A stretch of 64,000 nt of DNA from Podarcis muralis (Eukaryota): assembly GCF_964188315.1 (NCBI RefSeq), contig NC_135656.1, forward strand, positions 111,166,001 to 111,230,000, written 5' to 3'. The position numbers and the translations under genes are program-made. This document shows, in pieces, positions 24,671 to 35,759 of this stretch (position 1 is the first letter of the stretch; every line of letters begins with the position of its first letter). The notes beneath the pieces are model-generated. The model saw only the letters and a program-made list of their open reading frames with translations. It had not been told where the DNA came from and did not search any database.

Positions 24671-25105
24671 CGGCGATAGACTCGTTCTTAGACTCCTTAT
24701 TGGGTGAGCAACGCAGCCAAGCGTTGGAGCCTCCCTCCTCCCTGGCCGGCAGGGAAGGAGGGAGGGAGAGGAGCTGCTTCCTTTGAAACTCGGGGAATTT
24801 AAGGGACATCATCAATAAGGGACAGCAGCGGGACACAGCGCTGGGATAAGGGACTCTCCCGCCAAATAAGGGACGGTTGACAGCTATGCTTTAGGGATGC
24901 TACCACAGGCAAGCCCAAGCGAAGCCTCCCACACAACATGCAAGTTTCTCCTTCATTCTTGGGGCGCTGGGGTGAGGTGGGGTGAAGTTTACTGGCCCTC
25001 CTGAAGCCTGGCCAAAATGAGGTTTGGGGGAGTTGTGGTCCGGCAGCCGAGAAACTGGTCCTTTTCCTTGACCCATGCAATTCTCTCTCTCTCTGCCCTG
25101 CACAG

Positions 25106-25647
25106 TGAATGTGACTTTGTACCCAGACACGGCGCACCCCAACCTCATCCTGTCCGAGGATCTGAAGTACGTCCAATGGGGAGACAGGCGCCAGGACCTG
25201 CCCGACAACCCCGAGAGATTCGACAAGGAGATGTTTGTCCTGGGCCGCGAGAGATTCACTTCTGGGCGGCATTGGTGGGACGTGGAGGTCGGAGGGGAAT
25301 GGGCCGAGTGGGCGGTTGGTGTGGCGCGAGAGTCTGTCAGGAGGAAGGGGGACGTCACCCTTAACCCTAGCGAGGGGTTCTGGGCTCTGCAGAAGACCAT
25401 GGTGGACACTTTTGGGTCCTTCTCCGATTGGCAGCTCTCAGCTTCGACTTCCCCTAAGCTGACCGTCGTGTACGCCAGAAGCGAGCTCAGGAAGATCCGA
25501 GTATCCCTACACTACGAAGAGGGCCTCGTGGAGTTTTTCGACGGCGACACCAACAACTCAATCTTCGCTTTCCCCTCAGCTTCCTTCTCTGGGGAGAGGA
25601 TCTGCCCGTTTTTCCACCTGAAGTGGGGAGGCAAGCTGAAATGTTGA
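25106..25647 (+). CDS. Second PRY/SPRY (B30.2) terminal exon; alternative last exon of TRIM-A or an orphan exon
   Basis: Strong pyrimidine tract and phase-1 acceptor ctgcacAG|TG; VTLYPDTAHPNLILSED…LPDNPERFD…GRHWWDVEV…KIRVSL.YEEG.VEFFD…ICPFF; open to TGA. No RING or coiled-coil exons were found between 18210 and 25106. Confidence 0.8.
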
Positions 25648-28327
25648 CTCTCGAGGATCCATTTCCGCAACTCTTGAAAATGAGGGCGCTTTCTTCTCTA
25701 GGCCTAGGCAAGGAGGCGCAGCCTGATAAATTTTTAGCACTTCCAGTTCTCAGCCCTGCAGATTTTAGTCAGGCGAGTCGTGGTAATTAAGGATGCTATT
25801 GGCCTTTGGCTGTTATTTACTAAAAAAAATAAGCCAGCATGTGGACGTCAAATCCTGACTGGAGCTTCGGCTGGGGCAAAGCAACACATAGCACTTTTTC
25901 CAGTTTGGATAGCCCCCGTCACATTTAGTAAACAAAAGTCAAGCACACAAGGAGATAACCACATGCTTATTTGGCCCTTAGTATATTTCATCAGTGGGGC
26001 CAAAGTGGAAGTATACACCCATAGCATTAAAAAAATGAGTAAAATGAGATTAGAGCCTCCTTTCTCATTGCTATATTTTGAATTGTCTTGCCCTCTCTTC
26101 ATTATTTTATTACTGTCCTTTTAACCCAGGATCTGTGGCCCTTCATATGTCATTGGACTCTACCTCCCATCAACCCCAGCTAACATGGCCAATTATCAGG
26201 GGTGATGGGAGCAGTAGTCCAGCAAAATCTGGAGATCCACAGGCTTCTCATTGACTTTTCAAAACCTGCAAGGCAAGAAAACCAAGCAGCAGCTCAGATT
26301 TTCATTGCGTGTGGTGCAATTATGCATTGAATTGCATTCCCGCAGCTATCAAATTGTGGCTAATAGGAAGCTTTTAGTCATAGAAACCCTGATAGAAAGA
26401 GGAACTCTTACACACAAGATTCATCCTTTCCTTTTTTATATATTTTTGTTGAAGAGGCTATTTGAAAGCACTGAACTGAAATAAAAACCTTTAAAACGAA
26501 GTCTGTTTGGCATGCTACAATCGTTGCGTTTATTTCCACCATTCTTCAGATGGGTATAATCATTAGAGCTGCAGTCAGGAAGTGGTAGCTGTGTGCCTTA
26601 ATCCCTTTTAAAATACAGTGGTACCTCGGGTTACATACACTTCAGGTTACATACGCTTCAGGTTACAGACTCCGCTAACCCAGAAATAGTGCTTCAGGTT
26701 AAGAACAGTTTCAGGTTAAGTACGGACCTCCAGAATGAATTAAGTACTTAACCTGAGGTACCACTGTAAGCAACTATCCTACTTTTAAGACATCTGAAGG
26801 CAGCCCTGTTTAGGGAAGTTTTTAATGTTTAATGATGTACAGTGAGAGAGGAGGAGGCCTGGGCTTGGAGTCAGGGGTGTTGCTATGGAGCTGGAGTACA
26901 AAACCAGGATTTCTGAATAGTGGAAAATGGGGTGCTTTTACAGTGGTACCTCGGGTTACAGACACTTCAGGTTACAGGCTTGGCTAACCCAGAAATAGTA
27001 CCTCGGATTAAGAACTTTGCTTCAGGATGAGAACAGAAATCGTGCAGCGGCAGCAGCAGGAGGCCCCATTAGCTAATGTGGTGCTTCAGGTTAAGAACAG
27101 TTTCAGGTTAAGAACGGACCTTCAGAATGAATTAAGTACTTAACCTGAGGTACCACTGTAGGTATTTCCTTGGAACGCCCCCTGTGGGAGAGGAAATTAG
27201 TTGAAGAAGAAAACACTTTGTCGAAAAGTAGCCAGGAAATGAAAGAATGTGACAAGAGGCTGGAAGCAGATCAGGCCATCAAAAGGAATGGGCAGGAATT
27301 CCCCATGTGTGAAATCAGAACAGCTCCGATTTCTTTTATCTCTGAAGAACTTGTTAAGGAAAGATGAAGATCCAGTGTTTCCCAAACTTGGGCCTCCAGC
27401 TGTTTTTGGACTACAACTCCCATCATCCCTGGCTAGCAGGGACAGTGGTCAAGGATGATGGGAATTGTAGTTCAAAAACAGCAGGAGGCCCAAACCCTGG
27501 ATTAGACCTTCCTCCCTGGAAAGATGTTCTCTCTGCATCTATAGAAGCATATAATGATCATTAAGCTTACTGTTAATGACACAAAACCCTCCGATATAAA
27601 GCCTCTGGAAACCTTTCCCCTCCAGTCTCTGTGTACGTGTAAAAAATATATATATATTCCATCAAGCAGCAGCACAGAAAGTGAGGATCATCTGGTAGTG
27701 GGTTTCAGGCAGGGATTCCTTCCACCTGGTGATACCGAATTAAGGAACTTAATTAAGGAACTTCTCCGTGCAAAGTATGCAAAATTATTCCTCTGAACTG
27801 CAGCCTCTCCCTGTATGTCTTCTCCTGGGGCATTTTGATCACTGGTAGTTTATTTATCCACTCAATACATGCCTTTTTCTTTGCAATTAAATTTCAAGCC
27901 CACCTTTCTTCCCAAAGGAGTATGACACATGCACTCACACACCAATTTCTGTTGTTAAACGTTTCCAGGCTTGCTTACTATTATGGGCTGTCTACTTAAG
28001 AACCTGTGCTGGCATTCAGCTGTAACAGAATTTTATGGAATTCTGGGTGATGTGGAAAAACTGGAAAGACACCAAAGAGATTGTATAAATGCTATAACTT
28101 CAATCATCCAATGGTGCCATATAGGGGACAATTCAGAAGAGAGAAGTGGGATTCTCAGAGTTGTGGCAACGGGCAGTGGCTTAGATGGGTTTTTCTTCTT
28201 AGAAAGTCAATCAGTCCAATCCATGGAACAATCTATCAATGATCCTAGGCACAATGGCTTTATGCCATCTGCAGAATGAGAGGCCTGATGCAGAATAACT
28301 GGTCATCAGCCACTGTGAAACAGGATA

Positions 28328-28923
28328 CAGTGGTACCTTGGTTCTCAAACGCCTTGGTTCCCAAATGCCAAAAACCTGGAAGTGTTCCCGTTTTTAAACG
28401 TTTTTCGGAAGCCGAATGCCCAATGTGGCTGTCTGCTATTGTTCCCGGGGCGCCTGCACCAATCAGAAGCTGCACCTTGGTTTTCAAACATTTCGGAAGT
28501 CAAACAGACTTCTGGAACTGATTAAGCTTGGCGCTCTTTTTTTTGCTCTTTATTTTGAGTTTTTGCTTTTGAGGCTTTTTCGGTTAATTTGTGTGCCTGC
28601 AGAAATGGATAAAAGCCCCCCAGCGAAACAATGACGATCATCAATGCAGGTCAGGAAAAATAATAATTCTAATTTTTATTATCTACAATAGTGTCTTATT
28701 TATTTTATAGTGGGGTACATTGATTATTGCTTTCATTTCATGGCTCAATGGTCTCGTTAGATAGTAAAATTCATGTTAAATGGCTGTTTTAGGGGTAGTT
28801 TTTGAAAGTCTGGAACGGATTAATCCATGACTTTCTGTGAGAAAGCGCGCCTTGGTTTTGGAACGCTTTGGTTTTGGAACGGACTTCTGGAACGGATTAA
28901 GTTTGAGAACCAAGGTACCACTG
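28328..28923. mobile_element. Tc1/mariner-type MITE (TIR cagtggtaccttggttctcaaac)
   Basis: TIRs with TA duplication on both sides. Confidence 0.8.
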
Positions 28924-29128
28924 TACTAGATTAGATGAGCCTTTAAACTATTTATTTATATACATGGAGGGCTCTTTCCATGCCCATGGGTCTCAGGGGG
29001 GAGCTGCTACTACCAGCCCAGCATAAAATGCCCCCCTCTGCCCCCAACTCAGACATAAAGACACTTGACCATCCCACTCTGGGTTTCAAGATCGCTGAGA
29101 GGCAGAAAAACTATTAGATAAAGCAAAC

Positions 29129-29134
29129 TTTATT
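29129..29134 (-). terminator. Candidate poly(A) signal of the LRR gene
   Basis: AATAAA on the - strand about 72 nt past the stop codon at 29207. Confidence 0.55.
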
Positions 29135-29206
29135 AACAGAGACCCTGTCTTGGCCCCAACACAAGAGGAGCAGCCGTCTTCGGCAACAGCAGAAACAGCA
29201 GGCTTT

Positions 29207-30520
29207 TCACTCCCAGGAAATCTCCATGTCCAAACCCTCACTCCTGACTCTCCTGAGGAATTCGTCATAGTCTGCCCTGAAGATGCGTGAGCAAGCCGGC
29301 ACATCGATGAAGCTCAGCTGGTTTTCCGAGGACAACAGCAGGTGGATGGTGCTTCCGGACACCCTGGTTTCCATCAAGGAGAGCTTCTGGAGGTGAGTCA
29401 GGGCTGTGGCCGGCGGCTCCAGCACCTGCTCAAACACGCTGTCCAGGGAGAAAGGCAGGCAAGCCAGCAGCAAGCTTTCGAGTTGCGGCGAATGTCTCAG
29501 CAGGGACACAAGGCATGCTCTGAACACGGCTTTGTGCTGGGAAGGAAGGGGGCCTTCTGAGTCAGGGTACATCAGGAAAATGTACCGGAGGTGGGGGAAT
29601 TGATGAGGCGCGGGGCTGAAATTTTCCTCCAAGTCTTCAATCATTTCCTCGTCGTCATCGTCGTCATTGTCATCAGGGGCACACACTGCTGGAGGAGGGA
29701 GGTTAGCCACCAATTTCCGGAGGTTCAGGCAGTGGCCCAGGAAGGTCCAGAAGGAAGAGGCATCTTCGCAGAGAAAGCCACTCAATGAAAGAGAGTGGAG
29801 CTGTGGTCCGAGGGCGGCTGCCATCGGCAGAAGATCAGCAACATCGCACTGGCTGTCGTTGTCAAGGGTCAGGCAGGAGATGTGGCGCCACGGTGCAAAG
29901 TCCTGGCCAAAGCCCCCAGGGTTGCCTTCGAGAATCAGAGTCACGTCGGCCAAGTGCGGGCACACGGCTAAAACGGCGGGCAGGCAGCTCAGTGCCACAT
30001 CGTCCAATTCTGTGAGGGTCAGCGTGAGCCCGTGGCCGCTATGGGCGGACATCCTGCGTCTCGCCAGCTCCTCCAGCGAGGGGAACTCGGGGGCGACTGG
30101 GACGTTGTTGAACTGCCGCCTGTAGATCGCGCACACAGCCTCCAGAACGAAAGGGTGGTCCAAGATCTTCAGGCTCCGCAAGGCCAGGAGCAGAAAGACC
30201 AAGTGCTGAACCATGCATTGGAGGAGAGGTCTACCCATCAGGTATCTGGCTCTGAGCACCTTCAAGGCCGGCGAGCGGAGCGAGCCCGTGGCAGGGTCGT
30301 AGGCCAAGTGGAGGAGGCACTCTGGAGAAAGCCTGCTGCAATCGACAACATCCAGTTCAAGTAGCTGCCGGCAGTGGGAGCCCACGGCAGCAAGCACCTG
30401 GGCATTGCACTGGGTGTCCGACAGGTTGAGTTGGGCGAGGCTCGGCAAAGCTTTCACCAGGTCGACGAGGGAGTCTGCGGGGATCCGGCAGCAGCCTCTG
30501 ATATCCAGGGAGGACAGGTT
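29207..30520 (-). CDS. LRR gene, last coding exon (437 aa of cysteine-type leucine-rich repeats)
   Basis: Phase-0 acceptor ctttccctgacatggcAG|AAC, extending ORF 29207-30457 by NLSSLDIRGCCRIPADSLVDL. Repeats such as LxxLDIRGCCRI, LLELDVVDCSRL, LHSLSLSGF, LQKLSLMETRV. Open to the stop. Confidence 0.88.
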   Translation of the reverse strand, partial: NLSSLDIRGCCRIPADSLVDLVKALPSLAQLNLSDTQCNAQVLAAVGSHCRQLLELDVVDCSRLSPECLLHLAYDPATGSLRSPALKVLRARYLMGRPLLQCMVQHLVFLLLALRSLKILDHPFVLEAVCAIYRRQFNNVPVAPEFPSLEELARRRMSAHSGHGLTLTLTELDDVALSCLPAVLAVCPHLADVTLILEGNPGGFGQDFAPWRHISCLTLDNDSQCDVADLLPMAAALGPQLHSLSLSGFLCEDASSFWTFLGHCLNLRKLVANLPPPAVCAPDDNDDDDDEEMIEDLEENFSPAPHQFPHLRYIFLMYPDSEGPLPSQHKAVFRACLVSLLRHSPQLESLLLACLPFSLDSVFEQVLEPPATALTHLQKLSLMETRVSGSTIHLLLSSENQLSFIDVPACSRIFRADYDEFLRRVRSEGLDMEISWE

Positions 30521-30829
30521 CTGCCATGTCAGGGAAAGAGAAAGGGAAAGGTTTGTTTTTGCTCACGTGCAACAGCGTTTGCAGACCTCCAGATTCGCCG
30601 GACTACAAATCCCATCAGCCGCAGCCAGCACAGAGGCGTATGGGGCAGCACCAAGTTGGCAGAAGTCNNNNNNNNNNNNNNNNNNNNNNNNNNNNNNNNN
30701 NNNNNNNNNNNNNNNNNNNNNNNNNNNNNNNNNNNNNNNNNNNNNNNNNNNNNNNNNNNNNNNNNNNNNNNNNNNNNNNNNNNNNNNNNNNNNNNNNNNN
30801 NNNNNNNNNNNNNNTCTGGCTGAGTTTCT

Positions 30830-31640
30830 CCAGCCACTCTGGGCGGCTCCCAATCAAGTATTAAAAACTTTACAGCGTTAAATATTAAAAACTTCCCTGA
30901 ACAGGGCTGCCTTCAGATGTATTTTAAAGATAGGATAGCTACTTATTTCCTTCACATCTGAAGGCAGGGTATTCCACAGGGTGGGCACCACTACCGAGAA
31001 GGCCCTCTGTCTGGTTCCCTGTAACCTCACTTCTCGCAATGAGGGAACCGCCAGAAGGCCCTCGGAGCTGGATCTCAGTGTCCGGGCTGAACGATGGGGG
31101 TGGAGACACTCCTTCAGGTATACAGGACCGAGGCTGTTTGGGGCTTTTAAGGTCAGCACCAACACTTTGAATTGTGCTCAGAAATGTACTGGGAGCCAAT
31201 GCAGGTCTCTCAAGACCGGAGTTACATGGTCTCAGCGGCTGCTCCCAGTCACCAGTCTAGCTGCCGCATTCTGGCTTAGTTGTCGTTTCTGGGTCACCTT
31301 TAAAGGTAGCCCCACATAGAGCGCATTGCAGTATCCAAGCGGGAGATAACTAGAGCATGCACCACTCTGGCGAGACAATCCGTGGGCAGGTAGGGTCTCA
31401 GCTTGCCTACCAGATGGAGCTGGTAAACAGCTGCCCTGGACACAGACTTGACCTGCGCCTCCGTGGGCAGCTGCAAGTCCAAAATGACTCCCAGGCTGCG
31501 CACCTGGTCTTTCAGGAGCACAGTTGCCCCATTCAGGACCAGAGTTTCCCCTCACCTGCCCACCCCCTGTCCCCCCAAAAAACAGTACTTCTGTCTTGTC
31601 AGGATTCAACCTCAATCTGTTAACCGCCACCCATCCTCAA
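30830..31640 (-). mobile_element. L2-clade LINE fragment (intron of the LRR gene)
   Basis: ORFs with 'LRLNPDKTEVL', 'QVRSLGVILD…LVISRLD', 'RQRAFSVV.P.LWN.LP'. Further copies at about 32480-32760 (+) and 32760-33490 (-). Confidence 0.85.
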
Positions 31641-32186
31641 ACCACTTCCAAACACTCACACAAAATAGAGAGAACTAATTGACAAATAGTGGAAACCAGG
31701 CCGCTTGGAAAGGGTGCTTCATCCTTCGGCAAGAACTTGAACTGAGTCGATTGCTGTGTTGTTACCTGTTTTGACTTTCTTAAAAAGGAGTGAAGTTGAG
31801 ACCAGGCCAACCATGGAAAGAGGACATCCCCAAATTTCTCTTTCACTGCAGGGACCAGTAAGGAACTCTGCATATCAAGTTTCCGCAAACCATTGTTTCT
31901 TAGAGTGCCATTCCTCCACGTTAAGAGCCCTGTGCTTGTTGTAAACATGGGATAAAGGAAGGCGTATCAAGTGAGCTAAGCCGCCAGCAGCAAAGCGCAG
32001 GTGCAGGTGCGAGCAAGACTCCCGCAGGGCAGATCCACAGGTGTCTCAAGCACACAACTCAAGCTAAGAATCCAGGAGGAGCCCTGCACAGACAGGCCAG
32101 GAGGCGACAAGAGAGGAGTCCCCATTTTAGAGGAAGGAGCTCCCCCCAGGAACCAAGTCAGAGCACAAAGCATGCACACCCCTTAC

Positions 32187-32353
32187 CTTGCAACGCACTG
32201 CGATGATGTCGGCAACGGCCTTGATGACCAGCCTCGGGCACACGTTCAAGCTCAGCACCGTCAGCTGCGGCACCAGGAGGAAGCGCAGGACCGGTCGGTT
32301 CAAGCGATTGCCTTCCTCCATTAACTTGAACAGCTTCTGGACAAGGGAGTCAG
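32187..32353 (-). CDS. LRR gene, coding exon 2 (end of Cul2-box and first LRR)
   Basis: Acceptor cctccccacccAG|CT (phase 1), donor AAG|GTAAGG (phase 0); (P)DSLVQKLFKLMEEGNRLNRPVLRFLLVPQLTVLSLNVCPRLVIKAVADIIAVRCK. Confidence 0.85.
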
Positions 32354-32707
32354 CTGGGTGGGGAGGAAATACCCAGATATAAACACAAAGCTTTGCACAA
32401 CAATTAGACACATGCTTTCCTCAGGTGATTAGGAGCTAGAAGCAAACCAGAAGGTGCAGAGGGTAACAGGGAAAGTTCCCCTGGCTATAGGGAACCAGGC
32501 AGAGGGCCTTCTCGGTAGTGGCACCCGCCCTGTGGAACGCCCTCCCACCAGATGTCAAGGAAACAAACAACTATCCGATTTTTAGAAGACATTTGAAGGC
32601 AGCTCTGTTTAGGGAAGTTTGTAATGACTAATGTTTTAACGTATTTTTAATATTTGGTTGGAAGCCGCCCAGAGTGGCTGGGGAAACCCAGCCAGATGGG
32701 CAGGGTA

Positions 32708-32758
<51 letters not shown>

Positions 32759-33875
32759 TATCATTTATACCCCGCCCATCTGGCTGGGTTTCCCCACCCA
32801 CTCTGGGCAGCTTCCAACAAAATGTTAAAATACAATAGTCCGTCAAACATTAAAGGCTTCCCTAAACAGGGCTGCCTTCAGATGTCTTTTAAAGATAAGA
32901 TAGCTGCTTATTTCCTTCACATCTGATGGGAGGGCATTCCACAGGGCGGGCACCTCTGGCTGGTTTCCTGCAACCTCACTTCTCACAAGGAGGGAACCAC
33001 CAGAAGGCCCTGGACCTCAGTGTCTGGGCTGAATGATGAGGGTGGAGACGCTCCTTCAGGTATACTGGACTGAGGCCGTTTAGGGCTTTTAATGTCAGCA
33101 CCAACACTTTGAATTGTGCTTGGAAACATACTGGGAGCCAATGCAGGTCTTTCAAGACTGGTGTTATGTGGTCTCAGTGGCCACTCACAGTCACCAGTCT
33201 AGCTGCTGCAATCTGGATTAGTTGTAGTTTCCGGTTTACCTTCAAAGGTAGCCTCACATAGAGCGCATTGCAGTAGTCCAAGCGAGAGATAACCAGAGCA
33301 TGCACCACTCTGGCGAGACAGTCCGCGGGCAGGTAGGGTCTCAGCCTGCGTACCAAAAGGAGCTGGTAGACAGCTGCCCTGGACACAGAATTGACCTGCC
33401 CCTCCATGAGCAGCTGTGGGTCCAAAATGACTCCCAGGCTGCACACCTGGTCCTTCAGGGGCACAGTTACCCCATTCCGGATCAGGGAGTGCTCCACACC
33501 TGCGCGCCTCCTGGGGAACTTTGCTCTGGACCACAACTCCCATCATCTCTGACTACAGGCCGTGCTGGCTGGGGCCCATGGGAATTGGAGTCCAACAGCA
33601 GCTGGACGGCCACCAGCTCCCCAGCTCTGCCTTAAGAGATGGAGCCTTCCTACCTAGGCAGCTTTTCTAGCCAGGTGAGCTTGAGAACCAGTTTTTACAG
33701 GACCACCTGCATAAGATGCTACAAGGCTCAGAGATGCAAATTGCAGGAGGCTACAAGACGCCCGCCCCCCGAAATAATTCGCCCGATTGCCTTTTTGAAA
33801 TGCAATCTGTGGCTTGGCCATGGGGTCTTTGTGGCCGGTCTCTCCTTTGCCTCCCATGTGCCGTGTCCCTCTTAC

Positions 33876-34026
33876 GCAGGCAGATGTAGGGCTCTGCAAC
33901 AGAGCGAACGAGGTGTCCATCCTGGTGGTTTTCTGCACAAACTTTGGCCCAGATGCGCTGGATATTTTTAGCCACATTCTCCAGGCACAGCCATTCCAGT
34001 GAGCGGACCGTTCTCCTCTTGGGCAT
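33876..34026 (-). CDS. LRR gene, coding exon 1 (start codon, BC-box)
   Basis: ATG at 34026 preceded by a pyrimidine tract and a CAGCAG acceptor (so the 5' UTR is spliced). MPKRRTVRSLEWLCLENVAKNI…EPYICL; donor C|GTAAGA, phase 1, matching exon 2. Total protein 543 aa. Confidence 0.8.
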
Positions 34027-34174
34027 GGAGCTGCTGGAGACAGAAGCATGAGAGAAGGGTGAGAGGGGAAAGCTAGGCCTTTGCAAGGTAGGTTTTCAAG
34101 TCAAAACTGTAAACACCACGACTGATCTGTTAAGATCCTGCCAAGGACTCTTTGCTTTCTTGATTACAGTGGTA

Positions 34175-34941
34175 CAGTGGTGCCCCGCAAGACGAACGCC
34201 TCGCAAGACGGAAAACCCGCTAGACGAAAGGGTTTTCTGTTTTGGAGGCGCTTCGCAAAACGAATTTCCCTATGGGCTTCCTTCGCAAGACGAAAGCCCA
34301 TAGGGAAATCTCCGGGACAGCGGGGAAGCGCAGCGCATCTTCCCCACTGTCCTCGGACCTCCTCCGAAGGCTGGCGGCGGGCGGAGAGACCTCCTCCCGC
34401 CGCCAGCCTTCGTTTCTCCGCTATCCCGGACGGCTTTTGAAGGCAGGCGGGGGGGGAGCAAAGACTTTCGCCCCCCGCCGGCCTTCAGAAGAGGTCCAAG
34501 ACCTCTTCTGAAGGCCGGCGGGGGGCAAAAGTCTTTGCTCCCCCCTGCCTGCCTTCCTGGGGGCTTTTAAATCGCCCCGGGACAGCGGAGAAGTACTCCG
34601 CTGTCCCGGGGTTTTTTAAAATGCTGGCGGGCGGCAGCGGAGGCTTCGCTGCCGCCCGCCAGCATTTTAAGATCGCCCCGGGACAGCGGAGAAGTCTCCG
34701 TCCCGGGGTTTTTTAAAATGCTGGGGGTGGGAAGAAAAGCCCTTGTCCCCCCCCCCCCCCAGCCTTCAGAAGAGGTCAGGGGACAGACTGTCCCCGGACC
34801 TGGTCTGAAGGCGGTTTCCATAGGAACGCATTGATTGATTTTCAATGCATTCCTATGGGAAACCGTGCTTCGTAAGACGAAAAACTCGCAAGAAGAAAAA
34901 ACTTGCGGAACGAATTAATTTTGTCTTGCGAGGCACCACTG
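34175..34941. mobile_element. Tc1/mariner-type MITE with internal inverted repeats
   Basis: TIR cagtggtgccccgcaagac / gtcttgcgaggcaccactg, TA flanks, internal hairpin at about 34440-34556. Confidence 0.8.
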
Positions 34942-35759
34942 TACCTGTAATCCCAGGAACTACATAGGGAATGAGCAGTGTGTTATCTGCTTACAGAAGC
35001 CATTGGTTCCTTAGTAGCCTCAGTTTGAATACAGTGGTACCTCAGGTTACAGACGCTTCAGGTTACAGACTCCGCTAACACAGAAATAGTACCTCGGGTT
35101 AAGAACTTTACCTCAGGATGAGAACAGAAATCACACGGCAGCGGCGCGGTGGCAGTCAGAAGCCCCATTAGCTAAAGTTCTCAGGTTAAGAACACTTTCA
35201 GGTTAAGAACAGACCTTAACCCGAGGTACCACTGTATTGTGTCAGGTATGCACAAGGTATTTCCTGGCACCCCACAAATCTCAGGTAGGCTCCCCTGGTA
35301 CTGATGTCCTTTCAGAGGCAGGTGAACTGGTGTATCTAATTTTAACCGAATGATTTTCAATGAAAACAAAACCAGACGTTGTTTTCATTCAGTTTCTGAA
35401 AGTTTCCCTGTTAGGAGAAGTACCAATTTATAAAATGATTTCTAACTCAACTTTGTATTTCATATTCTTTGGTGCTGAATCCTCATCAGCCTTGCTAAAA
35501 TCTGTGTCAGCCAGCCCAAAATTAGCCAAGTATTCCAAAAGTGGGCAAAAACGTTAAGTCAGTACTTGCTGGCTGGTCACTGGGTGTAACGAAGTAGATC
35601 AGTTAACGTAGGAGTCAGCAAACTTTTCCAGCAGGGGGCTGGTCCACTGTCCCTCAGACCTTGTGGGGGGCCGGACTATATTGGGGTGGGGGGATGGACA
35701 AATTCCTATGCCCCACACCCGGGGTTGGTGCATATCGGAAATCTAACGGGGGAGGGGGC

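Noticed and set aside
27170-27367. Short Glu/Lys-rich ORF that could be a stray coiled-coil exon
   Set aside because: No TRIM-like size, splice sites or sequence similarity, and it lies downstream of the distal B30.2 exon.
34440-34556. ~58-bp-arm hairpin as a possible miRNA precursor
   Set aside because: It is internal to a TIR/TA-flanked MITE, where such symmetry is expected; no independent support.
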